A stretch of DNA of 62,902 nt, counting the filler, from Klebsormidium nitens (Eukaryota > Plantae > Klebsormidiophyceae): the NCBI GenBank assembly GCA_000708835.1. It is 10 parts of 10 records of this genome, joined end to end, with 100 filler letters (N's around TTAATTAATTAA, not from the genome) between each part and the next. Parts side by side here need not be neighbours in the genome. Positions count along the whole stretch, not along the records: positions 1 to 27,864 come from DF237807.1; 9 more parts are not named here. One strand, 5' to 3'. Shown here piece by piece: positions 1 through 12,376 of the stretch. Position numbers and translations under genes: made by a program. Below the pieces are notes generated by a model that saw only the letters and a list, made by a program, of their open reading frames with translations, was not told where the DNA came from and searched no databases. Each line of letters starts with the position of its first letter. The stretch's first letter is position 1.

Positions 1-40
1 ACTGTTCACTATACATCGATCGGAATGGAATTCATACCTA

Positions 41-246
41 CCGGACCAATTGTCCGGCTGAGCATCAATTAAATATTCTTTGACTTGCTCAAAAATCTGA
101 CATTAAAATAAATTCTGATCAAACATTTGCAGATCATTTTGCCCCGTAAAAAAGCAAAATAAATGGATAAATGAAGCTGCCCAAAATCCCTGAGATACAA
201 AATTAATTATTGGGCAAAATTCTGCCCAACCGGACAATTGGTACGG
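41..246. mobile_element. MITE (Tc1/mariner-pogo/Tc2-like), ~206 bp
   Basis: TIRs CCGGACCAATTGTCCGG (41-57) and CCGGACAATTGGTACGG (230-246), one mismatch; flanked by TA on both sides; AT-rich interior. Confidence 0.7.
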
Positions 247-361
247 TATGGTGACTTTGGGCTGAGACTTGAGAGTGATTGGTTTGAGGCTGAGCTTTGA
301 GCTGTTAATATAAAAGCTCTAACTCTTCCTAAAGTGTCGCTACAAAAGGTCAACCAAGGGC

Positions 362-370
362 AAACCCTAA
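362..370 (+). promoter_or_regulatory. Telo-box-like motif AAACCCTAA upstream of the helicase
   Basis: Exact AAACCCTAA ~940 bp upstream of the ATG; a 9-mer can occur by chance. Confidence 0.25.
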
Positions 371-1244
371 AGTTTAAACCGTCAGATGATCCGTACCTTG
401 TTGACCAGGGCTGAGGGATTACTCGATTATGATTTGTCTGACAGGTCGAACCTACCGTAGATCGCCACGTACAAATGTCAACGCTATGCTACTGCCGGCT
501 TGTCACAGCAGCCTTGACTCACAGGGTACAGCATGGATAGCGCCTGGCCCGGCGTGAAAAAAGTTAGGCCGGCTGCATGCGGCTAGTTACATCGCTCGAG
601 TTACCTTTGATTCGCACCTAGCGCGTATGTAGCAGTTCTGCGGTAACCCCCGGGGGTTGCGTAAGTCAGGATGTTGCTTGAATTACAGGCTACAGCCTTT
701 CACGGCCTTTTCACAAGGGTTGACCGGAGTCCTACTAGGACACCGTCACTCATATACCGTAGTACTGGGGATTGCGTACCTAATTTGAAACTCGAAGTCT
801 CGGTTTCCGGTGTCGAAGTAAGTTCTCGTTCCGCCGCGCCACGGCCGATTTGTGGAGGGCGGACACTGCTAGAATTTCAGGGGCACTTTACACCGTCCGA
901 TGAAAGTATATATCGGTGTATATCGTGCTGCAATATGTACCGTCCGATCGCTCTTGACCTTGGCCAAGGCTTGGGTGTGAGTCCATGCATGGCCTACGCC
1001 CTCCCCCTTGGAAGTGTTACGATGTAGGATTGGGTTCAGTAAAAGGGGTTAAGTCATACTCTGTTTGCGAAGTAGGGAATCTGCTGGGGTCAGTAGGGGG
1101 TTAGTCGTTCAAGTATCGATTTCGATCAACGCGGTCAACCCGGTAAGGGTTTCGGCCAATAGGATCACGAATAAAATAGCCTTACCGCGAGATCGTCATG
1201 CCTGGCAAATTGCAGTACTGGGAGGCAACAATTCAAGAAAACCA

Positions 1245-1302
1245 ATAGTAAAAGTTAGAAGTGCTGTGCTTTGAATAGTAAAAGTTAAAAGTGCTGTGCG
1301 CT
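1245..1302 (+). repeat. ~30-bp tandem duplication just upstream of the helicase ATG
   Basis: AATAGTAAAAGTTAGAAGTGCTGTGC then AATAGTAAAAGTTAAAAGTGCTGTGC. Confidence 0.85.
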
Positions 1303-1308
1303 TCAAGA

Positions 1309-4300
1309 ATGGACAAAGCGCGCCCGAACAAGCATGCTGCCAAAGCCAAGCGGCATATCTACAGTTCGGGGGCTGCTGGAACAGGAGGCAAAGCGGAGCC
1401 CACGAATGCCAAGAATGGTGGACAACCAATTGAGTGTCCTCTCTGCGATCGCATCTTCAAGCAGGACGGTCGCTTAAAGGTGCGCTTATTAGCAACGCAG
1501 CACTCTTGTCGATGATCTATGCTGGTGAAGCATGGGTTGGGCAGATGCGTAAGGGCGGTGGTGAAAGGAGTGATTGACATAAACCATTCTCAATCTTGTT
1601 GATCGCATCCCCAATTGTTCCACTCAACAGTGATTGGGCAAGTAGGTGGTGCAGAAAAGGACCACCATCATCGAGTCAGTAACGTCTTTTGTCAAGCCGT
1701 CTCGGATCAAAGGGTGCGATAGGGGTGATCTGACTGGGGCATTGATTAAAGAGTGGCAATGAAGAGAGTGTACTTTGGGAAGTTCGTAAGTTCGGCATTC
1801 TGCAATGAGCTTTATTTTTTTTCAACATTCAGGCATGCTAGTGCATCGCAGTCGCAAACCTAATATTACCGTTGCGCTTTCATGCCTGTAGTCATCAACA
1901 TACTGCCAGTGTATACTGATGCCTTTATGTATCGTGAGTTGAGTATACCAGACTTGAGAAGAGCACAACGCTCCGCCAGATCTTCTTATGTGTTTTCTAG
2001 AAGAGTTGCAGCCAACGACTTTGCAATACTTCATACCACCACCACAATCTTCACAGGAACTTTTAAGCACATAACAGCGGTTCATTTAAGCAGGCGGTCT
2101 TCAAAACCACAGTACTGGGCCCCGGCCCTGAAATTCACCAGTTATGAAAGGTGCAAAAGTCCACCTTTATAATTCTGTAAGAGACTCTCAACTGACAAGT
2201 GACAGAACGAATGGATGGAGTACAGGGACTCCCGGTGGACTCTTTCTGGACCCCTTCCACTATTACTCTTTTGATCGATGGTCGAAATCAGTGAATCGTT
2301 CATGCCAGACCTTCAATCCTGACGGCTTCTAGCTTGGAAGGGTCTCCAAAGTCGCCTCCGGAGTGCACAATCTCTGTCCTTCCATTTTGACAGCAGACGG
2401 CTGCTGCAACTCGAGACTTCTTGATGCTCTAGATAGGTCCACTTCTTGGCAAGTATTCCTAAGTTCTCCGGCTTTTCATGCTCTGCCGTTTCTTACCAGG
2501 AGCACATAAAGAACAAGCACGCAGATGGTGTCAACCACAAGACCGGCGCCGATGCGCTGTCCGCCTCTGGAACTGAGGGTCCCGAAGCTGCCGTCGGGTC
2601 GGCAGAGGTGGCGGAGGCTGCGATCCCCAAGTACCTTGTCAAGTCTCCCAAGCAGATGCTGTCAGAATGGTGTCAAAAGCAGAAAAGACCTGCGCCCAAG
2701 TTCAAGCTGGTAAGCGGGGCGGTGTCCCAAGTGTTTGGCTTTGTGATAGTGTGGTGTCTGGCTCGGCCGTGTGTACCTTATCTGTTTAGTAACGTACTGA
2801 GTGGCTCAACTTATAATGCGTGTGGGCGCGTTCTGCTCTGCTTTTATTGTCTTCCACAACACGAGCTTTTGGAGAGTTTTCAAACTCAGGAAAAGGACGT
2901 GGTAGGCTAGTCAAAGTATGTGGTTTTTCAGCATTTGCCTGCTACGATCTGGGCCTCGTGCAAAGCTCTGACAAAGCCGGCAAGGTCTGAACAGGCAGCT
3001 TTCTTTGCATAGGTGGAGGCGGAAGGAGGCATGTTTCGTTGCAGGGTGGTCATCCCAGATCCGAAGGACTCAGAGAAGGACATTCTGCTTTGGTGGAACG
3101 AAGGTGAGTTGAAGCCTTATTATTGATGATATTTACATGAGCGCTCTGAACTACAGACTTCATGCATTTAGGAAAACTTTATGGGTCTTGATGACCTGAA
3201 TCGAGTGAGAAGCACTCCAACACTATTTCATCGCGAAGGGCCCGAAGCGCTGCCAACTCAACATGTATCTTACCCTTCTTCACACTTTCACTTCCACACC
3301 TCAGATATCTTACTTCGGCTGCTTAGCAGGCCTGGACGGCGCAGCCCGGCTGACCCGGATTGCATACCTCCCTCGCTTCGGCCCCCTTAATCTACTTGGG
3401 TACCCTCTGCTAATCCAGTGTCTCTTAAATCCAGGTGCGCCCAACTCAGAAGCAGCCCAGCAGGCTGCAGCGGTCGCCGGTCTGCACGCGGTGGCGGGAG
3501 AGCGGCGGATGGATCGGATCCTCCCGGATGAGTTCCGTGAGCAGTGGCGCGGCCTCGACGAGCAAGCGGCGCAGCGCAAGGAGAGGGAGCAGAAGCAGGC
3601 CGAGAGGAGAGCGGCCGCGGCAAAGCGGCCTTTGCCGCCGCGGGTAAGCGGCTCGGGCTTCTTTTCATTCGTGCTCTCGACTTCTTCTGGGACGATATGC
3701 CCTTGCGAACCCAATGGCCTGTTAATCAAGTCGTACTGCTTATCTTTTGTTGCTTGCCGAAGAGTCCCGTATGCCAGCTGGGTCGGTTGTAACGAGCAAC
3801 CAGGGTGATCATTGCTCGATTTACTGAGGTCTCTTGTGAGAAGGTTCTGATTGACAGGGGCTGAAGTCTCGGCAAGCAGGCTTTTGCCCCTTTCACTCAA
3901 TGGATTTGGCCCTCCAAATGCTTGGCAGCATTCTACGGCTTCTCAGCTCAGGCCCACGTTAACTTGCTCTTGTTCTCACCTCAGGTACGAATGCTGGGTT
4001 TAACTTGCTCATTTCCATTTTGTTTCCTTTTCTTCCAACTTTGACGGAGTGTCAGAAATCTCTCGCTGGTCCTGGCAAGCGAAGTAAGCTCACCGGCAAT
4101 ACCGTCTTACCGCCTCTCAAAGCTTGGAAAAGTGAACCGTCGGATCGGTCTGGCAGCGTGTAGCCTCAGCACTTCACGTAGCTCAACGAAGAAACGAACA
4201 ACTCTCTTACAGCGCACGGTCCAGTCCGTCTTTATGAGCGAGGACAACCGTCAGCTCGTCGAAGGGCTCATCCGTGACAGCCAAGGCCCCGCTGACACCT

Positions 4301-7300
4301 GGCAAGGCGTCGATGACGTCAGCATCCGCAACGCCTCCCCCGGACCTCCCCCAGACACCTTCGCTACTGACTTCGCCGCCATGCGGGAAACGGTTGATGC
4401 TGACGTTAGCACCGCCGGAACGACCGGCGCTCAGGTCAGCGGAGCGGGATCCTCTGAAGCGGCCCGGCGGCTGCTCGCCATGGGCTTCGCCGAGGATGAC
4501 GTCACGGGGGCGGTGCGCGCATGCGGGAGAGGCGCGAGCTTGAATCGGCTCGTGGATTGGCTGGTGCTGAACGTTCCGGAGTTCCGGCTGCCCAAGCAAT
4601 TCCGGCCGGAAGCGTCTGGGGCGCACGTCGAGGTTCTGAGAAGGGGGGCGAGGAAAACGGGGTCAGCGGGCTTTGAGTTTGAGATCAGCGCCAGCTGTAG
4701 GGAAGTGATGGAGAGAGGGTTTGGAAGAGAAGAAGCGGAGGCAGCGTTGGAATTCACTCGCGGGAATGTAGATGCAGCTCTTTGTAATCTCTCGAGGGGA
4801 TTGCACGAAAAGCTGTTTCGTTCCGCGGCAGAGGGCTTGGAAGAAAGCAATGGGGCGCCGGGGGGCTCGTCAGAGGATCTGCAAGAAGAGCGCGTGGCTT
4901 TGGCCGCTATTTACGGGGACGACTTCTCGGAACTCCCGGATCGGGGGGGTGCTCTGGCGGGGGGGCTCTCTGTGCGGCTGCCCCCCCAGGAGGAGGGCGA
5001 GGAACGTACAAAGGTGGAATTCCGGTTTCCGGTCGATTCGAGATATCCGGCGGAAGCCCCGTCTGTGTCGTTTAGGAACGGAAGTGCCCCCCCGGGGTGG
5101 CTGAAACGGCTGACAGTTTCGGCGCATAAGAGGGCCGGGGGGCTGCTCGGAGAGCCAATGCTGTGGGCGTTGGTAGAGGGGGCGATCGAAGATATGGCTT
5201 CACTCGAAACCGGGGGTAGCGAGACGGGATGGCTGGAGGACGGAGTTGGGGCGCTGTCGATGAAAGATGGGTCCGTCGAGACGGCGAATGGAACGACGGC
5301 GGAAATGATGGGTGGCAACGATACGGCGCAAGGCAAAAGCAGCCGACTGGAAGCGGGCAGGGGGCATCAAAAACAAGGGACAGCGCCCCCCCAAAGGCAG
5401 AGACGGGAACCGAACCCGTGTGACGTGCGAAAAGAAAGCGAGAGGCTGAAACAGCACTGGCAGAGATGGCTGCGTGAGGGACGCTCTTCCAAGATGAGGC
5501 AGTCTAGAGAGTCGCTGCCCGCAGCTAAACAGGGAGCCCAGCTGCTGGAGGCTATAGAGGGCCCTGCCGGGCCGCGGACCCGCCCCAGAGTGACCATCGT
5601 ATGCGGTCAGACCGGTTGCGGAAAGTCGACGCAAGTTCCACAGTATATTCTGGAAAAGTGGACAGAGAAGAACTGCGGGGGCGAGTGCAACGTCGTCGTG
5701 ACGCAGCCGCGGCGCGTCGCCGCGATCGGGTTAGCGGAGCGGGTCGCCGCGGAGCGCGGGGAAAAGGTGGGCGAAACCGTGGGTTACTCCGTGCGGTTAG
5801 AGAGCAAACGGTCGGCGCGCACGCGGCTGCTCTTCTGCACGACTGGGGTGCTCCTGCGGCGGTTACAAAGCGAGCCGGGATTGGACGGCTTAACCCACGT
5901 GATCGTGGACGAGGTTCACGAGCGGACGGTCGAGGGCGACCTCATGCTGCTCCTGCTCCGGACGCTCATTTCGGACGTCCGGAAAGATCTGACGGTCGTG
6001 CTCATGTCCGCGACGGCGGACGCGGAGGAGCTCGCGGCCTACTTCGGATTGAACGGTGTTGCTCGTTTGGACGGTCAATCGGACGGCTGGAATGGATCGA
6101 GCGGTTCGAATAGGCGTTCGGACGGTCCGGATGGTCGAACTAACGTTTCGCGCAGTAGTGTGGACGGACAAAGGAGTCGATCGGACGGTCCAAACGGTTG
6201 GAGTGGTCGATCGGACGAGTCAAGCGGTCGGTCGGACGGTCCGAGACGAGCCGGGGCTGACGTCAGCGTGGTTTCCATCCCCGGTTTCACGCACCCAGTG
6301 CGCGAGCTGTACCTGGAAGACGTGCTGGAGATGACCGGGGAAGTGATCGGGGCGCGCTCGCGGTATGCCAAGAAGAAAGCGGCGGGGCGGGACGGGGGGG
6401 CAAGAAGCGCGGCTGGCCAAGAGAGCCGTGCTGGCGCTGCGGACAAGCGGGCGGAATCCGCTGGGGGGCCGGCGGAACCGGAGAGGAAGAAGGACGATGC
6501 GCGGCCGGGGTCGTCGCGGGGAGCTAAGGAAGTGGCGGAGAGCTGGGAACTAGACGAAGGTGAAAACGAGGACGCGACGAACGAAGCACGGGACACGGAG
6601 GGGGCGCCGGTATCAGAGGAGGATTGGGAAGAGACACAGACATCGGATCGGGCGTCTTCAGCCGGAGATCCACCTTCGGGGTCGTGGGCACTTGGGAGAA
6701 AAAGAGGAGAGGGCGAGGTAACAAGAGCGGGAAAAAAAGGGGAGAAAGAGGGGGAAGAAAGGGCGCCCGAGCGGCGGTACCGGGAAGCGACGCTGAAGTC
6801 GCTAGAAGTGGTTGACGAGACGGTGCTAAATTACGAGCTGGTGGAGAAGGCGGTGTGCAAGATACTGGAGGAGGAGCAGCGGCCCTCTACAAGGTGAGGG
6901 TTTTGACTTTCTTGCGTTTTTTCACTCATCAATGTCCGACTTCCTTGACTGAAGCAAAGAGGTCTTGTTTACGAGGTGGCTTTCGGTTGAGGAGGTCAGG
7001 GCCCCGCGTGGGGTTCAGTTGTAAGAAGTTCTGAAGCTCGTAGACGACGGAAGAATCCGGCGCAAGGACGTTTGGGCAGCTGTGTGGTTGTCTTTCGTTT
7101 CACGGGCTTATGGCGACTGACGACATGAGAGCGGAAAAAAGGCGCATGGGTTTTGCATGTTCGTGACTTTGTCTATGCCGAGCAGGCCTTCAGCCGGCCT
7201 TCATAGCTCAAGTGATCACGTCGTAGGATATTGCCATTCTCGCAGGCAGGTGACAAGTCGTTCAAACATAAGCATGTCTCTTCATACGCCTGTCAGACTT

Positions 7301-10300
7301 TGAAGTACCTAGAAAACGTAAGCGTAACATGCGAACAAGTTCTTCTGCTTGTGTCGCAGTTACGCCCCTCCGGCCCTCTCTCCTCTTCTGTAGGGAACTC
7401 CTACCCGAACACGGTTCCCGTCGTTCTTTATTAGTCGGGCATGGCTCTGTTCTTATGAGTTGGACAACCTCTGAACCCGGCAGTCAAAAGTCAAAGTTGA
7501 AACGCCAGCCCTTTCTGTCGCGCAGTTACGCCCCCCTCCTCCCCCCTCTCCCACCGGGCACCCCCGACCCCATCGGGGCAGCGGGCGCCATCCTAGTGTT
7601 CCTCCCGGGCATGGCCGAGATCCGACGGCTGGAGCGCCAGCTGTTGGGATCTCAACGGCTGGCCGCGATTTGCGGAGGAAGGCCGTGGGTGCTGCCTTTG
7701 CACGGCTCCCTGGCGGGAGAACAGCAGCGGAAGGTGTTCGACCGACCGCCCCCGGGGCAGAGAAAGGTGAGGGCGGGGGTTAGAGGGTTTTGGCAGAAGA
7801 CGGGGAGAAGAAGGAGGATAGATGAAAAGTAATGAGGGTAAAGATACCCGAAGAAGCCGGTTCAGGGTTGCATGGGGTCTTGTCTTGCTAGACAAACTTT
7901 GCGAAGCTGCCACGCAGCTGCTGTGCTAGGAGGACAAAACACGAGCCTTAACCAGGAAAAAGGGTTTTTGCGCCGTCTTTCAGGAGGTATGTCTCTATTC
8001 TTTCGGATTGCGCGGCTAGAAAGCAGTGCACCAGGGCGTTCATGGGGCCATCTTCGGAAGATGTCCTTTCCTTGATGAAGTGGTGAGCATACATCGGCTC
8101 TTCATAAAATGGCTGACCTGGCAAAGTTGCTTCTCTGCAGATTGTGCTGTCAACCAACGTGGCCGAAACGAGTCTGACGATCGATGACGTCACCTACGTG
8201 ATCGACATCGGGCGCCAGCGCGAGATGGCGTTCGACCCCAACAGAGCGCTCGCGTGCCTCGAGGTGCGCGAGTTCGTTGCCGGGCGCGGCCTTAGTCCTT
8301 CAGAACATAGCAATGCCGAAAAGTCGTTCTTGAACTTTTCCGCATGTGTTCTGTTGTACTCGGACCGTTCGGAACCCGTCTCTGCACAATGATCAGGATG
8401 CTTAGAAGGTCCTCTATCACCCACTGCCTCTAGCTTTTTGACTTGCGAAGTGGAAACGGAGGATCGTCCACATAGGATGCGAACGAGGCATTGTCGTTTT
8501 CCAGAGTCCTGAAAACTCCTGAAAAGTCCCCGGCCGAGACTAAGGCCCTTCTCATCGCCTCCTCTGCAGGACGTCTGGGTGAGTCAGGCGAGTGCGCGCC
8601 AGCGGCGCGGCCGCGCGGGCCGCGCGCGCCCCGGCTGCTGCGTCCGCATGTTTTCCCGGCGGACGTTCGAGGGCATGGCGCCCCAGCAAGCGCCGGAGGT
8701 GCTGCGGACGGCGCTGGACCAGCTCTGCCTGCAGGTCAGCGTCCGAATGCATCCGAAAGTGTGTGAAGTTAGTGGACAAAGTTTTGCATGTTTCTCGGGA
8801 GCGATCGGGAAGCTGTGAGCAGGGTACAAGTTGCGGTACAAGTTATTGAAGAGAAAGAGGGTAAGCGAGACAAAAGCTGCGAACCGACTGTGACAGAGGG
8901 ATCTTTGAGAGAAGGTTTTCGGAAAGGTCGAGGACGTTCGAAGAACCTATACGCAGAGATTTCGAATGCAGGACTCATATTGATGTTTAAGCGGCGCCAA
9001 AAGTGCGCCGGCTCTTTAGGTGGTTGAATGCGACTTCTCCTGCAATCTGTTGCCTAGAAGTTCCGCTCAGTAGGCTTCTCCGTATCGGAGACGGCTGCGC
9101 AAATTGGAACCCGCATCTTCCTCTGTTTTTCCCTCTCCTCACTCCAGCAACTCTCCCTTGCAGGTCAAGTCTCTCCTCCCCGCGCGTTCCATCGCCTCCG
9201 TCCTCGGCGACCTTCTCACGCCCCCCTCCCCCTCCGCGGTCGCCTCCGCGCTCTCCACCCTCACCTCCCTCCGCGCGCTCGCCCAAAACCCCGAAACCTT
9301 GACGCCGCTCGGGCGCCACCTGGCGCGCATTCCCGTCGACGTGCGCGCGGGAAAGATGCTCGTCTTCGGCGCGGTTTTGGGATGCCCCGGCCCGGCGGCC
9401 ACGATCGCCGCGGCGCTTGCCGGGAAGTCGCCGTTCGCGGCGGTTCCGCCGGAGATTAGGGACGAGGCGGACCGGGTTAAGCGCCAGTTAGCGGGGACCT
9501 GGAAGAGCGACCATTTGGCGGCTGTGGCAGCGTTTGAGGGCTGGCGGGCCGCCGGGAGAGACGGGGGGTGGAGAGCACAGCAGGAGTTTTGCCAGGTTAG
9601 TAATTGGGTTTGAACTGTTTGCTGTTGCGCATGTTCCAAAGCTGCCACGGGAAGAAATGCTTTGTCGTTTCTGACCGCTTTTGCAGCTGTTGTCTCGTCG
9701 ACCTCGCCAATGCAGCGAATGCTTCCCGTGACTCTGCGAATAACCTCAGATTGCTACAAAGTTCGATACAACCTCGATGATGGAAGTAGCCACTCGCTGT
9801 GTAGAAATGTCACGTTGGTGGAAACTGAAATCACCAACAGCAACACAAAAACGTGAGAAAGCGGGAATGATGCTCTAATTTCCAGTTCCCATTTTCCTCT
9901 CTTCGCAGGCCAACTTCTTGTCCCGTGTGTCGCTTCAGTCCACTATTGCCGCAAAACTTTCACAATGTCCCGGAAGGCAACGGATTTCCAAATGACTGTG
10001 CATTATGTCAACTTTAGGAGAACAAAGCTCTCCAGGCAACACAAAGTGTTAAGATAACCACTGGTTTTGAATCTTCCGGTTGCTCCATGACAGGCCAACT
10101 TCTTGTCCCGCGAGTCGCTCCAATCCATCGAGGCCAGCCGCGCGGACTACCTGGAAAACCTGGCCGATCTGGGCTTTATCCCCCGGGGCTTTGCCCGGGA
10201 CTTTGTGCAACCGGGGCAGCCGGACCCCGATGTGAATGCGCTCAACTTCCGGGTGGTGAAGGCGGTGCTGTGCGCGGGGTTCTATCCAAACGTTGTTCGA

Positions 10301-12376
10301 GTGCAGGTAGGAACTCGTTCAGGTTTTATTGGAATTACATCTATAATAAGATATAATAAGTTTTGACATTTAAGGGTTGGTCCTTGCTGATGCGGTTTTT
10401 CCCCCAGAGGTTGGGCATGTGGAGGTCTTCGACTGGCTTCAAGTCTCGAGGGTTCTGACAGACGCAGGAACCTGTGGAAAGCTTGGCAGTTGCAGGTGGT
10501 AAAAATGCGCGTACTGAGGTTGAAGTTTGTTTGTCAAATCCAGGTCTTCTAACGGCTGTCCATCAGCAGTGGGCGCGAAACGCTTCAGCTTTAAAATCTG
10601 GCGGGTGTGCAGATTGGTGACCTGTGTAGAGTAACGCTGAAGTCGTCTTGCTAGGCGTCCGTCGAACGCTTAGCTTTCAAGCATCTACTTTCTGTCGTCA
10701 CACATCCGTGTCGGCTTCGGCGACTCCGGAAACCCGGTAGTGCTTCTAAGAAGCAAATGTCTCGAAACCTCCGTGCTAATAGCTCGAAACGCGCGTTCGA
10801 CAGGCGTCTCCACCGTGCGCACTTGCCGGAGCAGACGTACAGGACACCGAGCGCTCCTGTTTTTCGCTCCTGTCTCACGCTTGTACTCTCTGTTTCGTCA
10901 TGAGTCCGTAATAGAAGATTAATACATTTGAGAAGCCCGGTAACCGGTTTTAGTATGAGTCCATCCGGATTCTCTGTGCAAACGCCTGGAAAGACACGTT
11001 CTGAAACGACTTTCCTCTCGCGCCGGAGCAGACGCTCAAGGAGCAGACGTTCAAGGAGACGAGCGCTCTTCTTTCTCGTTCTGTTCCACGTTTGTATCCT
11101 TTGTCTCATAAGTCCATCGAAAACCCTTGACAGCGTTTAGAAACCCGGTAGCTGTCGTGACAATCAGTTCATTCGGTTCCGCTTTTTCTGACAGCCGAAA
11201 GCACACATTCTAAAAGGGCGTCTCCCCCGTTTTGCAGTTGCCGGAGCAGACGTACAAGGAGACGAGCGGCGGCGCGATGGCCAAGGACGCGCATGCGCGC
11301 GAGGTGCGCTTCTACACGCAGCACGATGGGCGCGTGTTTCTGCATCCCGCTAGCACCAACTTCGCGGTCGGCCGCTTCGAGAGCCCCTGGCTCGTTTACA
11401 GCGAAAAAGTCAAGACGTCCAAGGTGCGCGGGCTGAAACAAAAACGTAGAGACATTCCTTACACGCACCGCCTTGGTGCAGATATTGACTTTTGATTGTT
11501 TTTTCCAATTAGCACCAGCATCGACGTCAATATCAATTTTCTGCAGTTGTATTGTTTTCCGGCGATTTCTGCCGGTTTTTGCCACTTTCATGTCTGCCAC
11601 AAAGATTGTTTCGTTTTCACGGTTCCCCACCTGCATTGAGACGTCACGCTTTTCTTTTAGCGTGTCTAATCCTCCAAGTGTCTGATGAAGCTGGAAACCG
11701 TGTGCGACGCAAAGTGAGCAACGTCGAAGGTGGAAGTGAGCAGCAACGGAGTAGGTTTTTGGACGGCAAGACGAGACTCGCTAACAATCTGAAGCTGAAG
11801 GAGACGAAGCTGTTTTGAGCAGTGGATGCCTGGTTCCTTGGATGGTTCTTCGTTATAAGGACCCAGAGAACGCGCATCTCTTCAGCCTCTGGTTTGTGCA
11901 CAGCGAGAGGCGAAAGCATTACAGTCCGTCTCCTCAAGCTGCACGTCCGTATCTGACCCTACCCGGCCTGAATACTGTTTAGAAGTCGCATTTTTAACGA
12001 TATCGGTGTGGGCAATCAAGGCGGGGCCCTCAAGTGCGCCGATGACTGGTTCGGTGCGGATGGCAACTAGACGTGGACTTAAAAGACGCGGCGCTCTCGT
12101 CGTCTGCAGATCTTCATCCGTGAGAGCAGCATGGTCCCCGCATACGCGCTCCTCCTTTTCGGCGGCGACATTTCCGTCGCCCACGAGAAGCAGAGCATTG
12201 CCATCGATAATTGGATGCGCTTTGAGGCGCCGGCCAAGATCGCCGTTCTCATCCGAGAACTGCGGAATCAGCTAGACAGACTGCTCGCAGATAAGCTAGA
12301 AAACCCTGAGATGGATGTGACGAGCCGGGGCGTGGTTGCGGCGGTGGTTAAGCTGTTGACAAATGATGGGTTCTAG
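1309..12376 (+). CDS. DEAH/RHA-family ATP-dependent RNA helicase (DHX57/DHX29/plant DExH-like), 12 exons, ~1662 aa
   Basis: Manually spliced GT-AG exons with consistent phases: 1309-1479, 2500-2709, 3013-3103, 3435-3643, 4213-6893, 7526-7766, 8141-8263, 8570-8734, 9164-9595, 10094-10306, 11238-11423, 12110-12376 (4989 nt). Motifs: GQTGCGKSTQ (I), TQPRRVAA (Ia), DEVHER (II), MSAT (III), ILVFLPG (IV), LSTNVAETSLTIDDV (V), QRRGRAGR (VI), HA2 region (LTPLGRHLARIPVD), OB-fold (FLHPAS). N-terminus has C2H2-like finger, dsRBD-like, UBA-like (LLAMGF, MERGF) and RWD-like (FPVDSRYP) segments. Confidence 0.93.

Noticed and set aside
1560-2400. Possible intronic snoRNA in helicase intron 1
   Set aside because: No convincing paired C/D boxes with terminal stem.
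4207-9648. Minus-strand ORFs over the helicase
   Set aside because: Antisense shadows of GC-rich exons; no motifs.
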